Below, piece by piece: positions 1 to 10,473 of a stretch of DNA of 64,000 bases. The position numbers were made by a program, and so were the translations under genes. The notes under the pieces are model-generated. The model did no database searches, was not told the origin of the DNA, and saw only the letters and a list, made by a program, of their open reading frames with translations. The stretch is from an uncultured Cytophagales bacterium (lineage in GTDB: Bacteria; Bacteroidota; Bacteroidia; Cytophagales; Cyclobacteriaceae): contig CAWHXE010000018.1 of assembly GCA_963833215.1 (NCBI GenBank), positions 170,970 to 234,969 on the forward strand. Reading direction: 5' to 3'. Position 1 is the stretch's first letter; every line of letters starts with the position of its first letter.

Positions 1-289
1 ATGATGCCTCCAGGTCGTCGGTAAGCAGCAGCTCGGCTTCCACCTGCTTGTTCTCCACCAGGGCGTGGTCAAACACAATACTTACGCGATAGGCAGCTTC
101 CAGATCGATCAGCACGGACTCTAGCGAGCGAAGCGTTTGTTTGGCCGAAGCGGTTGACACCACCGGTGCTTCGCCACTGGCGAGCAGCTGCGGCAACGAG
201 GGAGGTCCCGATAGCATCAGTCCGCCGATTAGCCAACCGGACTTCCACCAGTGCCGTTGGCGAAGAAAATAGGAAAAGTTTTGCATCAT
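1..289 (-). CDS. TonB-dependent receptor (SusC-like), N-terminal part with signal/TM segment and STN (secretin/TonB N-terminal) domain; runs off the left edge of the window
   Basis: Minus-strand frame starting at the ATG at 289 translates to MMQNFSYFLRQRHWWKSGWLIGGLMLSG...LIDLEAAYRVSIVFDHALVENKQVEAELLL, an STN-like signature. This frame is not in the supplied ORF track (which lists a different frame, 69..311). The position downstream of FecR/ECF sigma fits trans-envelope signalling receptors. Confidence 0.55.
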   Translation of the reverse strand, partial: MMQNFSYFLRQRHWWKSGWLIGGLMLSGPPSLPQLLASGEAPVVSTASAKQTLRSLESVLIDLEAAYRVSIVFDHALVENKQVEAELLLTDDLEAS

Positions 290-380
290 GGTTACATTTA
301 AGGTTTAACAATTCATTACTATTCAGATTCGGTCGGCCTGTGTCCCGCTAAGAATGCAGACGACCGAGTTTGTTTTTTTC

Positions 381-1373
381 TTACTCTCGCGGGGGGGGAT
401 CGTTTCCTTTTCGCAAAGTCACCCGGTTTCCCTCGCGGATGGCCTGCCCTCCCATCGACTCGGTTAATACTTCCAGAAAGATTTCTTCGTCGTATGTAGG
501 AATGGAACCGGTAATCCGCTGGTCGGCCCAGTCGTCGTCGGATAAGATTACCTCCCAACCGTAGTAATCTTCCATCATGGTGGCCACTTCGGTGATCGGC
601 GTTCGCTTGAACACCAGCTTCTTTTCTTGCCAGACCGTATAATCTTTCGGATCCACCACCTGCGTGGTTAGCGCCGCCGAAGGAGATGCCAACGCAACCA
701 GGTCGCCCGGCTGCATCACAATTTGCTCGTTGTGCTTGGTGGCCAGGCGCACTTTTCCGTGCTCCAGCACCACCTGGGTGGCTCCTCGTCGCTCGTTCAC
801 GTTAAAAGCCGTTCCGAGCACTTCTACGTCCAGATTGTCGGTGTGCACCACAAACTTGACCGGTTGCGCGGCGTTGCGGGAGTGACTTAACTTTTTTATC
901 TCAAAGAAGGCTTCTCCATCCAGCCAGGCTTCCCGGGTCTGCTGCTCGTCGGTGCTAAACGTAAGCGTAGAATTGGCGTTCAGAATCACCTTGGAGCTGT
1001 CGGGCAACCAGATGGTTTTGGTCTCACCGTAGTCGGTGGTGTAAGATAAGGTGGCCCGCTCGTTGCCGGTGGTTATCAAGTAGAAGAGACTCGCCAGCAC
1101 CATCAGGCCACCCAGCACCGCGGCCACGCGGTACCAGTAGGGGGCAACCCGTTGTTTTTTGGACGAGCGAAAGACGCGTTGTAGCAGTTCAGCCGCTTTT
1201 GCGTCGGACAAGGTTTTCTCTTCAACCTGTTCGGCCCACAACTGATCCATCACATCGCGGTACGTGTCTTCATCGCCCGACGCGCGCAGATGCTCGAGCA
1301 ACTTCGCCCGCTCTTCCGAACTGGCGGTTCCCTGGAGGTATTTTTTAAGTAGATGTTGCGCGTGCTCTTTCAA
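381..1373 (-). CDS. FecR-family anti-sigma factor (transmembrane sensor)
   Basis: 330 aa. Cytoplasmic N-terminal domain, a single TM helix (VAAVLGGLMVLASLFYLI) and a periplasmic FecR-like domain. Immediately downstream of an ECF sigma gene. Confidence 0.85.
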   Translation of the reverse strand: MKEHAQHLLKKYLQGTASSEERAKLLEHLRASGDEDTYRDVMDQLWAEQVEEKTLSDAKAAELLQRVFRSSKKQRVAPYWYRVAAVLGGLMVLASLFYLITTGNERATLSYTTDYGETKTIWLPDSSKVILNANSTLTFSTDEQQTREAWLDGEAFFEIKKLSHSRNAAQPVKFVVHTDNLDVEVLGTAFNVNERRGATQVVLEHGKVRLATKHNEQIVMQPGDLVALASPSAALTTQVVDPKDYTVWQEKKLVFKRTPITEVATMMEDYYGWEVILSDDDWADQRITGSIPTYDEEIFLEVLTESMGGQAIREGNRVTLRKGNDPPPRE

Positions 1374-1438
1374 AGTAGTGCCTTTTATAGTACTACAACC
1401 CTGGGCGGGGGAGAGGACTACTCAGACGGCAACTTTTT

Positions 1439-2038
1439 TTAGAATAGGGCGCTCGCGATCAGATAACTCACGAAGAGGCTGATATCGGTATGCACGCGAA
1501 GGTGCGATTTGATGGTCTGAAGGGCTTTGATCACGTGGTTCTTCACCGTATTGGGTGAGATTCCCAGGCGCTGCCCGATCTCCTCGTGCGTCAGGTGCTG
1601 GTCGCGGCTCATGCGATACACCCGTTGCTGCTGCCGGGGCAACTGACAAATAGCCACTTTGGCAAGCTGCTTTAGGTTAGCGTAGTCGATGGCCGCCTCG
1701 GTATCATTGTGAAACTGCGGAGTCAGGTAGCGTACGCGCTGCTTCAGGGCCTCCTCAGCGGCTAATTTTTTGAGATAATTAAGCGATAAATTGCGGGTAA
1801 TCGTATACAGATAGCCAATCAAAGATTGGTTCGGATCGAGCCGTTGGCGATCGTCCCAGACCTTTAGTAGGGCGTCATGGATAATCTCCTCGGCCAGCTC
1901 CTCTGATTTGGTAAAGCGGTAGCAATACGAAAATAGCCGATCTTTGTAGGCGTAAAACATTTCCTGGAACGCGCGTTCGTCGCCTTGCGATATCCGCTCA
2001 ACCAGTACTGCATTGGTACGTTCTTCTTTCAACTGCAT
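1439..2038 (-). CDS. RNA polymerase ECF-type sigma-70 factor
   Basis: 199 aa with sigma-70 region 2 (ISQGDERAFQEMFYAYKDRLFSYCYRF) and a region 4 HTH (LTHEEIGQRLGISPNTVKNHVIKAL). Confidence 0.9.
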   Translation of the reverse strand: MQLKEERTNAVLVERISQGDERAFQEMFYAYKDRLFSYCYRFTKSEELAEEIIHDALLKVWDDRQRLDPNQSLIGYLYTITRNLSLNYLKKLAAEEALKQRVRYLTPQFHNDTEAAIDYANLKQLAKVAICQLPRQQQRVYRMSRDQHLTHEEIGQRLGISPNTVKNHVIKALQTIKSHLRVHTDISLFVSYLIASALF

Positions 2039-2156
2039 AGCGCTAAACCATCTTTATCCCACAATATTCTAAAAAATTCCGACACAACAAAAATATTTTA
2101 AAATAGGATCGCTTTTCTTACCCTGTAATTACAAATTACTAATAGCGTAATTTTTC

Positions 2157-2192
2157 GCAAAAAAAAGGAGTCCCTCGCAAAAGGGACTCCTT
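2157..2192 (-). terminator. Rho-independent terminator for the GH9 gene (minus strand); plausibly bidirectional
   Basis: Perfect 9-bp stem GGAGTCCCT/AGGGACTCC with a 6-nt loop. The plus-strand A8 run before it gives a T-run after the hairpin on the minus strand. Confidence 0.5.
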
Positions 2193-2260
2193 GGTTATAG
2201 CGTCAGCGTACGCTCCAGCAGGCTTCCAGTGCCTGTCCGGAAAGCTGAGAAGCACCGGAC

Positions 2261-5200
2261 CTACTTCCGCAACAGCACCCGGTGCGTAGTGCTATGGTCG
2301 TTGTCCAGCAACTGGATGGTGTACAAACCGTCGGCGAAGCGTGACAGATCGAGTTCGGTGGTTGCTGCTGCACTGGTCGGGTCGATATGCAGCACCACCC
2401 GGCCGCTGGCGTTGATCACCCGAATGGTGACCGGCCGATCCGATAACCTGGTTCCCTGTAGCGTCACGATGCCCGTTGTGGGGTTCGGGTAGGCGGTCAC
2501 CGCTTCGAGTAGTTGGTCATCGGCCAGCTTGCCGTTGGCCGAAGCGGTCCGGGCGTTTTCGTCGTCATCGCAGCGCACCACGAAGTAGTCGAACCACCTT
2601 CTTTTTGCTACCACCTTGTCGCAAGATACCTGCCCGATTACCAAGAATATGCGACCTAAACGCGAACCGGCAAGTCTAAATCGTACGTCTACCATCGTGC
2701 CAGCCTCTACCTGCCATCCCCGGGGGTGCGTGTACCCGTCGTCGTTGATGGCAACCGCATCTATGTACTTGCCATCCTCGCTAATGCCAGTAGGCTCGTA
2801 ACGCCATCCGTAGCGGCGATCCACCCCGCGCACGTCGGGCAGCAACGAAGTATTATGGCGGAAACCACTCTTGCGCAGCGGCTTGATCGAGCAGTCGTTG
2901 TGAAGCTCCCAGGCTCCCGCCTGGCCGTCGGTTCTGATTCCGGTGATCAGCCCTATCATGTAGGTTTCTCGCCGATGGAAAGTATAGTAGGGCACATCGC
3001 TCACGGCGACCACCTCGGCCATATCGGCGGGGAAATCGGCGGCGGTAAACGTGCAATCTCCTATCTGATACGTAGTAACCTGCTCGGTATTGAAGCGTAC
3101 ATTGTCCACGTAGAAGGTGCCGGTAGCGTCGTCGTTGGGGTTGGGGAAGATCAGTAGGTCTTTCACGCTGGCGGTTGTCCCTTCCGGAATCTCGATGGTC
3201 ACCTTGCTCCACGTACCACTATCGATGTCCACCGTTTGGAATCCGCCCAGCGACTGAACTCCGGCCGGGTCGTTCAGCACGACCAACAGTTCGGTCAACG
3301 CTACGCTGCCGTAAATCTGGAAGGAGAACGTCTCGTAGCGGTTGAGGCTTCGACCTACCTGTAGATTAAACCCAATCAGCTTAAACGTGCCTTTGTCCTT
3401 GTCGAAGCGCAGCACCTGGGCACTGGGGTTCGATGCATCTACCGAAGGGTTGGCCACTACGGCAATGGTGCCGCCCGCGCTGAACGCCTGGGTACGACCC
3501 GGCTCCACGATACCCACGGTCGGATTCACTCCGTCGAAGTCGGCTACGACCAGATCGCCCTGCAACACGTCGGGTACCACCACCACGGTGGCACTGTCGG
3601 AAACCGTGCCGTCGGCCGTACTAGCCACAACGGTGGCGCTTCCGGCCAACAAGGCGGTTACTTGCCCGTTGCTGTCAACACTGGCTACCAAAGTATCGAG
3701 GCTACTCCAGCGCAACAGAGAATCGGCATCAGCGGGCGTTACTTCCGCCACCAAGGTGGTGCTGGCCCCCGCTTCCAGGGTAACGGTTTCGGGGGTGAGG
3801 TTGATGGTGATGGTTGGCTCTTCCGGGGCAACACCATCCAGACGTACGTTGTCTACGTAGAAAGTGGCACTGGCCGCGTTGTTCGGATCAGGGAAGATGA
3901 GAACGGTCTTCAGGGTCGCGGCGGTTTCCTGGGGAAGATCCAACGTAATGGTACCCCAGGAATCGTTGATGTCAACTTCCTGGAAACTCTCGGCTACCCG
4001 GTTGCCGTCGGCATCGTCTAGAGCGACGTACACCTGCGACACCCCGGTTCCGTAGAGTTGAAAGCTGAACGTTTGGTAACCCGCCAGCGAAACCGCCTCG
4101 GGCAGATTGAACCCAATCAGTTGGAAGGTGCCCGCCGGTTTGTTCGAACTGCGCTACCCGCCCGCTGAGGTTGTCGGTCGTCGCGTCTGGGTTGTCTATA
4201 ATCGCCAGGGTGCCGCCCGAGCTAAACATTTGGGTGCGACCCGGTTCCACAACGCTCACCGTAGGAATCACTTCATCAAAGTCAGCCACGATCAGGCTGC
4301 GGGTGGCACCCGCTGGCGTGACGGTCACGTAGGCGCTGTCGGTAAACAATCCTTCCACGGTGGTAACGGTGACCAGCGCCACTCCTTCGCTGATGCCGCT
4401 TACCTGTCCGGAAGCGTTCACCTGGGCCACGCTTTCGTCGTTGCTCTGCCAGACGACGCTGCGCTCGGTAGCCGCCTCGGGTAGCACCGTGGCTACTAGC
4501 TGCACGGTTTCCCCTACGGCTACGTTTACGCTATCTGCCGACAAGGCAACGCCCGACACCGGAGCGGCGGGGTTGTCCCCAAGAAGTTTCACGTTATCTA
4601 CGTAAAACGTCGCGGTGGCCCCGTCGGTAGGATTAGGGAAGATTAACACGTCTTTGATGTTGCCTTCGGCCGTTTCGGGAATGGTGATCTCTACCGTCCC
4701 CCACCCGTTGTCAGCGATGGTAACCGATTGCTGGGTTTCTACCAGGTTCACGCCTTCGCCATTACTCATCACCACGAATACCTGGTTGATATTGGTACCG
4801 TACAACTGAAAGCTCAGCGTATTGAAGGGACTAACGGGCAGCGGCTCGGATAAATTAAAACCAATCAGTTTGTAAGTCCCTTCCTCCTTGTCGAAGCGAA
4901 CCACCTGCGCACTCTCGTTGTTGCTGTCCGCGTCGGGATTCTCGGCAAACGTCGTAGTGCCTCCGGCGGCGAACATCTGGGTTTTGCCCGGTTCTACCAC
5001 GCCGTTGGTGGGAATCACCTCATCGAAATCAGCCACCACGAAGGTGATGCCCGCCTGGGTAGCCGTTACCTGCACAAAAACACTGTCTGATACGTTACCG
5101 TCGGCGGTTGCCACCGATACGCTGGTCGTTCCTATTCCTACCCCGGTCACAATGCCGTTTCGATCAAGGGTAGCGACGGTCGGGTCTTGGGTGCTCCACA

Positions 5201-7708
5201 CCAGTCCGCCGCCCGCGTTGGCCGGGGTGGTGGTTAGCGTAAGTTGGACCGCTTCTTTGATTCCTAGCACCAACGAGTCGGGGCTCAAACTTACTGCCGT
5301 GGGGTTTTCTGAACCGGTGCTGAAATCGCCGAACATGCCATCGATCAGGAAGCCGTAGGTAACGGCGGCCGGGGCCGTGTTCTGATGGATAGTAAACTCG
5401 GCGGTGGTGGGGGCGGTACGTTGGTCGTACCAACGCTCGTGGCCGGGCCAGGTTTCGTAGGCCGGGAAGGTGGTTTTTCCGGCCCAGTCGTTGTCCCAGG
5501 GACCAAAGGCTTTGCCGTCGTTGATCCAGGGGCCGTAGGGAACGATTCCCGGATAAAACTCGGTCTGCACTTCATCAGCTTCGGTATCCAAGCCGTTGTA
5601 CCATGAGTCCAGGTGGAACACTTCGTTGGGATGGCGTTCGCCCAGGCCGGTGGCCCATACGGTGTTGAGCGGATTAGTACCCAAGAAGTAGTCGGAAGTG
5701 GTGTAGATGTTTGTCAGGTAGTTGTTGGCCCGGGCGGGGTTACTGTCTTTGGTGAGCATAAAACCCATCAGTCCCTCGAAGATCATGGGGGTGGTGGGCT
5801 GCCCCACCAGCATGGGGAAAAAGAAGTTGCCGCCGTAGCGCGTAGCCCGGCGTTCCACCACGTCGGTGAGCACGTTATCGGCTGAGTTCAGCGCGGCATC
5901 GCGCAAGGCCGCGTACAAACCGGGATCCACCGAACGGTTGGGACCCATGGTGAGATATGTGTACACCCCCCAGCGCTGGTCTTCGCCCAGCACGGTACCG
6001 CTGTTGATCCCTAGGGCATCGGCTTTCACCTGATCGTGGTAGGCGGCTTCACCGGTCAGTTTGTAGAGCGCGGCGGCAGCGTAAAGACGCTGGTCGCTGA
6101 GGCGCAGTCCGAATACCGGTTCCTCATCGCCGTCGCGGGTGTTGGCCTGCGCCCAGGCGTAGGCTTCGGCGGCTTCCTGCTGCCAGTTCACTCCTTCGGG
6201 GTCGGTCGCTCCGGCCTTTTGCAGGGCGATGGCCAGGTGGGCCGCAGTGGCCGCGTATTTATAGGTAGTGAAGGGGTCTTCGCCTGATACGATGTAGATG
6301 CGGTTCACGTCCTCGTACGAAGGCACCCCTTCGCCGTCGCCGCCGAACCAGTCGCCCGCCACGCGGGAACCCACTCCGCCGGTGCCGTAGCCCTTGGCGA
6401 TCAGCTCCTGCCGCGTGCGGTGAAAGAAGCGGGGCAGCCAGGCCGCTTCGTCTACCAAATCGGGCACCCCGTTGCCACTTTCGGGAATGTTAAGCTGGCT
6501 ATCCGGGATATTTAGCTGGGGCAAACTCGTACAAAAAGAGCAGCCAACTCGGGATGCGCAGGTGCGAGAAGTAGCCGTCCCAGTCGCCCGCATCCTGATA
6601 CCAACCGTAGGTATCTAAGGGACCCTGGATGCCCGCTTCGATGGCGGGTTTATCGTTATCCGAGTGGTCTTGGTTTTCCCAGTCTACGAAGCGGGAGGTG
6701 GTGTACTGCAACTTTCCTTCAAACCCGGGCGTCACGTTCGGATTGTGCGGGGCGGGGCGGACGTACTGGGTGTAGGGCTGCGTTAGCGCGATGCCACTGC
6801 GCTGGTGGTACAAGCCCCGGATGATGTTGTAGTAGGGCTCAAAGTAGGCGTTGTCATCAATCACGAAGGGAAACGAACTGCCGATGCCTTCCACGGCCAA
6901 GCGGTACTCGCCGGGAGTAGCGAAGGATCGAAAAATCGGCTTCGTAGACTTCGGCACCCAGGAAGTTGTCGTCGGGAGTATCGTCGGGCTGGCCGGTTTC
7001 TACGTTGTTGGCCGCTTTGCGAAAGGCAATGTTGCCCGAATAAGCCACGCTGTTGTCGGCGGTGTTCACCAGCCAGAAGGTGGCTCCGGCGTAGGAAGAA
7101 AGGTCTAAACCGCCCTTCTCGCCGGTCCAGTGGTACACGTAGCCGTATTTTTTGGGAGCGGCGGGCGCGTAGCCGATCATGTTCACGTGCACCGCTTCCG
7201 AGCGGGAGCTGACTAGCTTAGGATCGTACAGTAATTCGTAGCTATTGCCGTTGGCGGCCAGATCACCGGTGGTAATGGTGTAGGTGCTACCCGCCTGCAT
7301 GGGGTTGTCCAGGTACAGGTAAATCCAGTGTTCTTTGGCGTGGTCGGCATCAGAGTTGATACATCCTACTTCGTCGTTATAGTCTTGGCACAGCCAGGTG
7401 AAGTCGGTGCCCTTGCTTTTTCGCCCGATGTCGCTGGGTTGCACGCCGCCCCCGAAGTTGGAGTCGTCGGCACTGCTGATGGTGTAGGAGCCGAGTTGCG
7501 TGGCCAGCGCCACATTCAGTGGGTCTTGGATCACCCACTCGTTATTGCGGGCTTCGCCTTTTTGGTGATGACGAACGTAGCCGTCGTCGAAGTGCACCAT
7601 GATGATGCGGTCGGTGAGTGGGATCACCTCGACAATGTCGGAGGCGCGTCCGGTAAGGCTTAGCCCAAGCAGGGCAACCGCCGCGAGGAGAAGGTTGAGA
7701 TGTTTCAT
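2261..7708 (-). CDS. Secreted multidomain GH9 endoglucanase: signal peptide, CelD_N Ig-like domain, GH9 catalytic domain, 3 Big_2 domains alternating with 3 copies of a ~150-aa beta-sandwich (CBM-like) domain, and a T9SS C-terminal sorting domain; reading frame broken at 3 sites
   Basis: Three ORF fragments (6857..7708, 6499..6957, 3972..6593) plus 2261..4042 form one colinear protein. It carries the GH9 motifs GWYQDAGDWDGY and SGNGVPDLVDEAAW. The repeats have the form VADFDEVIPT...FYVDNVKLLG. The tail (AYPNPTTGIVTL...) is Por-secretion-like. Apparent 1-nt indels lie at ~6930-6934 (A5 run), ~6504-6508 (CCGGG) and ~4131-4133 (CCC). Confidence 0.7.
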
Positions 7709-7926
7709 AGAAAGTGTACGTTGGTTGTTTGTAAAAAAGAAGCTGCTCCGGGGTGGGGCAACAGCTTATTTAGACAGACATTCCTAAAGACCAAACATAC
7801 CCTTTCTACTGAGGCTAATTTTTACATTTTTTTAACTGAATTGGAATTATATTTTTGAACCGTAAAATTTTAGCACTTAGCGGAGAAGTTTCGGGGCGGG
7901 GGAACCCGTTGCTCACGATAAGTACA

Positions 7927-9027
7927 TCACTGGTTTACCATCTGGGGCTTCTTGCGGAACAACTGCACCACCACCGGAACCAGGGCCACCGCCGCAAAGA
8001 CGGCTCCGATGCCCAGCACACTGACCGGGGCCGCGAAGAAGTCGCCCGCGGTACAAATGCCGAGGATCAGCACCGTTGAAAAGGGCAGCGAGCAGGCCAG
8101 CACGTTCATCGCAAACTCAATATCAAAAGTAGACGAACTGGGTTGGGTGTTTACTTCTTCCAACGCGCTCACCACCGAAATGTGGGCGTAGGGCCAGAAA
8201 CTGCACGCACTCTGCGGGAAGATGACAATCAGCAACGCAATGCCCACGTCCTGCGTCGGCAAGAGCAGCAACAGCACGGCGCTGATCAGGAAAGCGATGC
8301 TAGAACGCACGAACAACAGCGAAAAGATCGTTTTGATCTGCTGCCAGTTGAGCTTCACCGAAATGCCAATAAAGAGCAACACCAGCGGCGTCATCATCAG
8401 GCTTAACCGGTCGGTGCTCATCTGCAAAAACTCGGGCAGCGACGCAAAGTTGAGTCCCAGGGCCAGCATACCCAGCGCAATGAGCAGCACCATGTTGATC
8501 GGCTCGCGCACCAGCGAAACCAGCAGTCCCTTCACCTTATCGGTGGTGTTCTGGTTGTCGATTTCATTGCGACTGTAGTACCAGCGCATGGCCACCAGGT
8601 ACAAAATGACCAGTACGAACACCTTGTTACCCACGTCGGCCAGGGCCGCCATCGCCAGTGGGTGTTCGCCCAGGTACTCTAGCAGAAACGGAAAGCACGA
8701 CAGGCCCGGAGCCAGCGAGGGCAGCAGCATCTTGATGGTGCGGTGCCGCGACGAACCCGCGTCTATGCCGGGCAAAATAGCGGGCATCTTGTCCACCAGC
8801 CCCAGCATAATAAAGTTGAAGGCTAACGCCAGCACCGGAACCATCGCCATTTCCCAGCTAAACTCGATCTTGAGTAGGGCAATAAAAATGGTGGCGGGCA
8901 ACGCAATGCTCAAGATTATGGTCTTGATCCCGTTCTTCTGCTCTTTGGTGTTGATCTTCGACTGGAGGGTGTAGCCTAGCACAATGAGCACCACCAGCGA
9001 TATTGTTTTTATGATTGCAGGGTTCAT
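7927..9027 (-). CDS. AEC-family (auxin efflux carrier / malate permease-like) membrane transporter
   Basis: 366 aa, about 10 TM helices, with a typical AEC/Mle N-terminus (MNPAIIKTISLVVLIVLGY...). Confidence 0.75.
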   Translation of the reverse strand: MNPAIIKTISLVVLIVLGYTLQSKINTKEQKNGIKTIILSIALPATIFIALLKIEFSWEMAMVPVLALAFNFIMLGLVDKMPAILPGIDAGSSRHRTIKMLLPSLAPGLSCFPFLLEYLGEHPLAMAALADVGNKVFVLVILYLVAMRWYYSRNEIDNQNTTDKVKGLLVSLVREPINMVLLIALGMLALGLNFASLPEFLQMSTDRLSLMMTPLVLLFIGISVKLNWQQIKTIFSLLFVRSSIAFLISAVLLLLLPTQDVGIALLIVIFPQSACSFWPYAHISVVSALEEVNTQPSSSTFDIEFAMNVLACSLPFSTVLILGICTAGDFFAAPVSVLGIGAVFAAVALVPVVVQLFRKKPQMVNQ

Positions 9028-9101
9028 AAATGGGCATAGTAAGTTTGGGTAACAACCATCAGGTTGTCAAAAAATGTCACACAAAAAGTTGTAAATTTGT
9101 A

Positions 9102-9133
9102 TTATAGCCCAGCGTCTATACGCTGGGCTATCG
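9102..9133 (-). terminator. Putative terminator hairpin after the aminotransferase gene
   Basis: Perfect 10-bp stem TAGCCCAGCG/CGCTGGGCTA with a 6-nt loop, followed on the minus strand by a U-rich tract. Confidence 0.35.
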
Positions 9134-9143
9134 GTAATTGGTA

Positions 9144-10364
9144 TTACTCGCCTCCGGCGTGCACCGAGGCTTCGTCCATCACCTCGGCCAGGCTTTTGGT
9201 GAAGCGTTTCATCTCATCCATAGTGCCCATGCTCACGCGGCAGTAAGGCTGCTCGTCCAGGTTGTAGGTTCGGATACCGATTCCTTTGTCCAGCATGGCC
9301 GTCATAAACGGATCAGTCGCCATATCGATGGGGAACAAAATAAAGCTAGTGTACGAAGGAAGCGGCTTGAAGCCCTGCTTCTTGATTTCGCCCATCGTGT
9401 ACTCCCGCGCCGCTTGATTCAGCGTTTGGGTTTTCTCCTGGAAGTCCAGATCCTTCAGGCTGGCCATCGCGCCTTCCATCGAGGTCACGCTGATGCCCAT
9501 TTCGGTGCGCACCAGGTCTTTGATCATCTTCACCCGCTCGGGTTGCGCCACCATGTAGCCGATGCGCAGTCCGGCCATACCGTGCAACTTAGAGAAGGTG
9601 CGCGCGATGATTACGTCGTGCCCTTCTTGCACCAGACCAACGGCGGTAGTCACCTTGGGATCCATCGCCAGCTCGATGTAGGCTTCGTCGATAAACACCG
9701 GAGCCTTCTTGGCCACCTTGCGGCCGAAGGCCATGATCTCGTCGGTGGGCGTGATGGTGCCGGTGGGGTTGTTGGGGTTGCAGATGTAGACCAGCTTGGT
9801 ATCGCTGTCGATGGCGTTGGCCATGGCGTCGAGGTCGTGGGCGTAGTCGGCTTTGAGCGGAATGTTCTTCCAGGTGGCCCCCACGCCGCGCGAGGTGTTC
9901 ACCAGCGACATGTAGGCCGGATCAGCCGAGATCACGTTGCCGCCGTGCATGCAGGCCACGATGGCGGTTTTTTCCAGGATGTCGGTCGAGCCGGGAGCTA
10001 ACAGAATGTGCTCGGGGGTGACGCCCTCCATTTCGGCGATCATCTCTTCCATGATTTTGGAGCTGCTGTAGACGTAACGGTTGCCCTTGCTAGCACTCTC
10101 GGCGATGGCCTTAATCGCCTTGGGCGACGGGCCGTAGGGATTCTCGTTGGCCAGCAGCCGCACCTCCACCTTCGAGAAGTCGGGCGGAGCGATGTGATAA
10201 TTTTCGGTCAGGTGGTAACGACCCTGGTAGGGGGTCATACCGAAGGCTCCTTTGTGAGTACGGGCCGAGGCGCGCGCCCACAGGGCGGGGGCGCTCATGA
10301 GTCCTCCGGTTAGTAAAGCACCTTGCTTTAGCCAATTTCTGCGATTTGTAGTGACGTTTGTCAT
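9144..10364 (-). CDS. PLP-dependent class I/II aminotransferase with an N-terminal twin-arginine (Tat) signal
   Basis: 406 aa. Tat motif TTNRRNWLKQGALLTGGLMSAPALWARA precedes an aminotransferase fold (histidinol-phosphate/aromatic aminotransferase-like; ...LLANENPYGPSP..., lysine-containing FSKLHGMAGLRIGY). Confidence 0.8.
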   Translation of the reverse strand: MTNVTTNRRNWLKQGALLTGGLMSAPALWARASARTHKGAFGMTPYQGRYHLTENYHIAPPDFSKVEVRLLANENPYGPSPKAIKAIAESASKGNRYVYSSSKIMEEMIAEMEGVTPEHILLAPGSTDILEKTAIVACMHGGNVISADPAYMSLVNTSRGVGATWKNIPLKADYAHDLDAMANAIDSDTKLVYICNPNNPTGTITPTDEIMAFGRKVAKKAPVFIDEAYIELAMDPKVTTAVGLVQEGHDVIIARTFSKLHGMAGLRIGYMVAQPERVKMIKDLVRTEMGISVTSMEGAMASLKDLDFQEKTQTLNQAAREYTMGEIKKQGFKPLPSYTSFILFPIDMATDPFMTAMLDKGIGIRTYNLDEQPYCRVSMGTMDEMKRFTKSLAEVMDEASVHAGGE

Positions 10365-10473
10365 GTTATTTTTTAGTAAAATGATGTACTCGCTAAAATT
10401 ACGTTTTTAACTGGGTTATAAAAATATTGTTCCTGTAAATGCCGTTCAAATGTACATTTTATTTCGTTATTCT

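Noticed and set aside
69-311. 80-aa ORF listed in the track at the left edge
   Set aside because: It is out of frame with the far more convincing STN-domain SusC N-terminus encoded on the same strand (start at 289). Its sequence is low-complexity read-through.
6500-6545. Apparent 21-bp tandem duplication giving QLNIPDS QLNIPES in one ORF
   Set aside because: The first copy appears only in the wrong reading frame, upstream of a 1-nt indel. In the restored frame the protein reads ...EFAPAKYPDSQLNIPESGNG... with a single copy.
9138-10001. 287-aa plus-strand ORF
   Set aside because: It is antisense to the well-supported aminotransferase. High-GC genes commonly show long spurious antisense ORFs.
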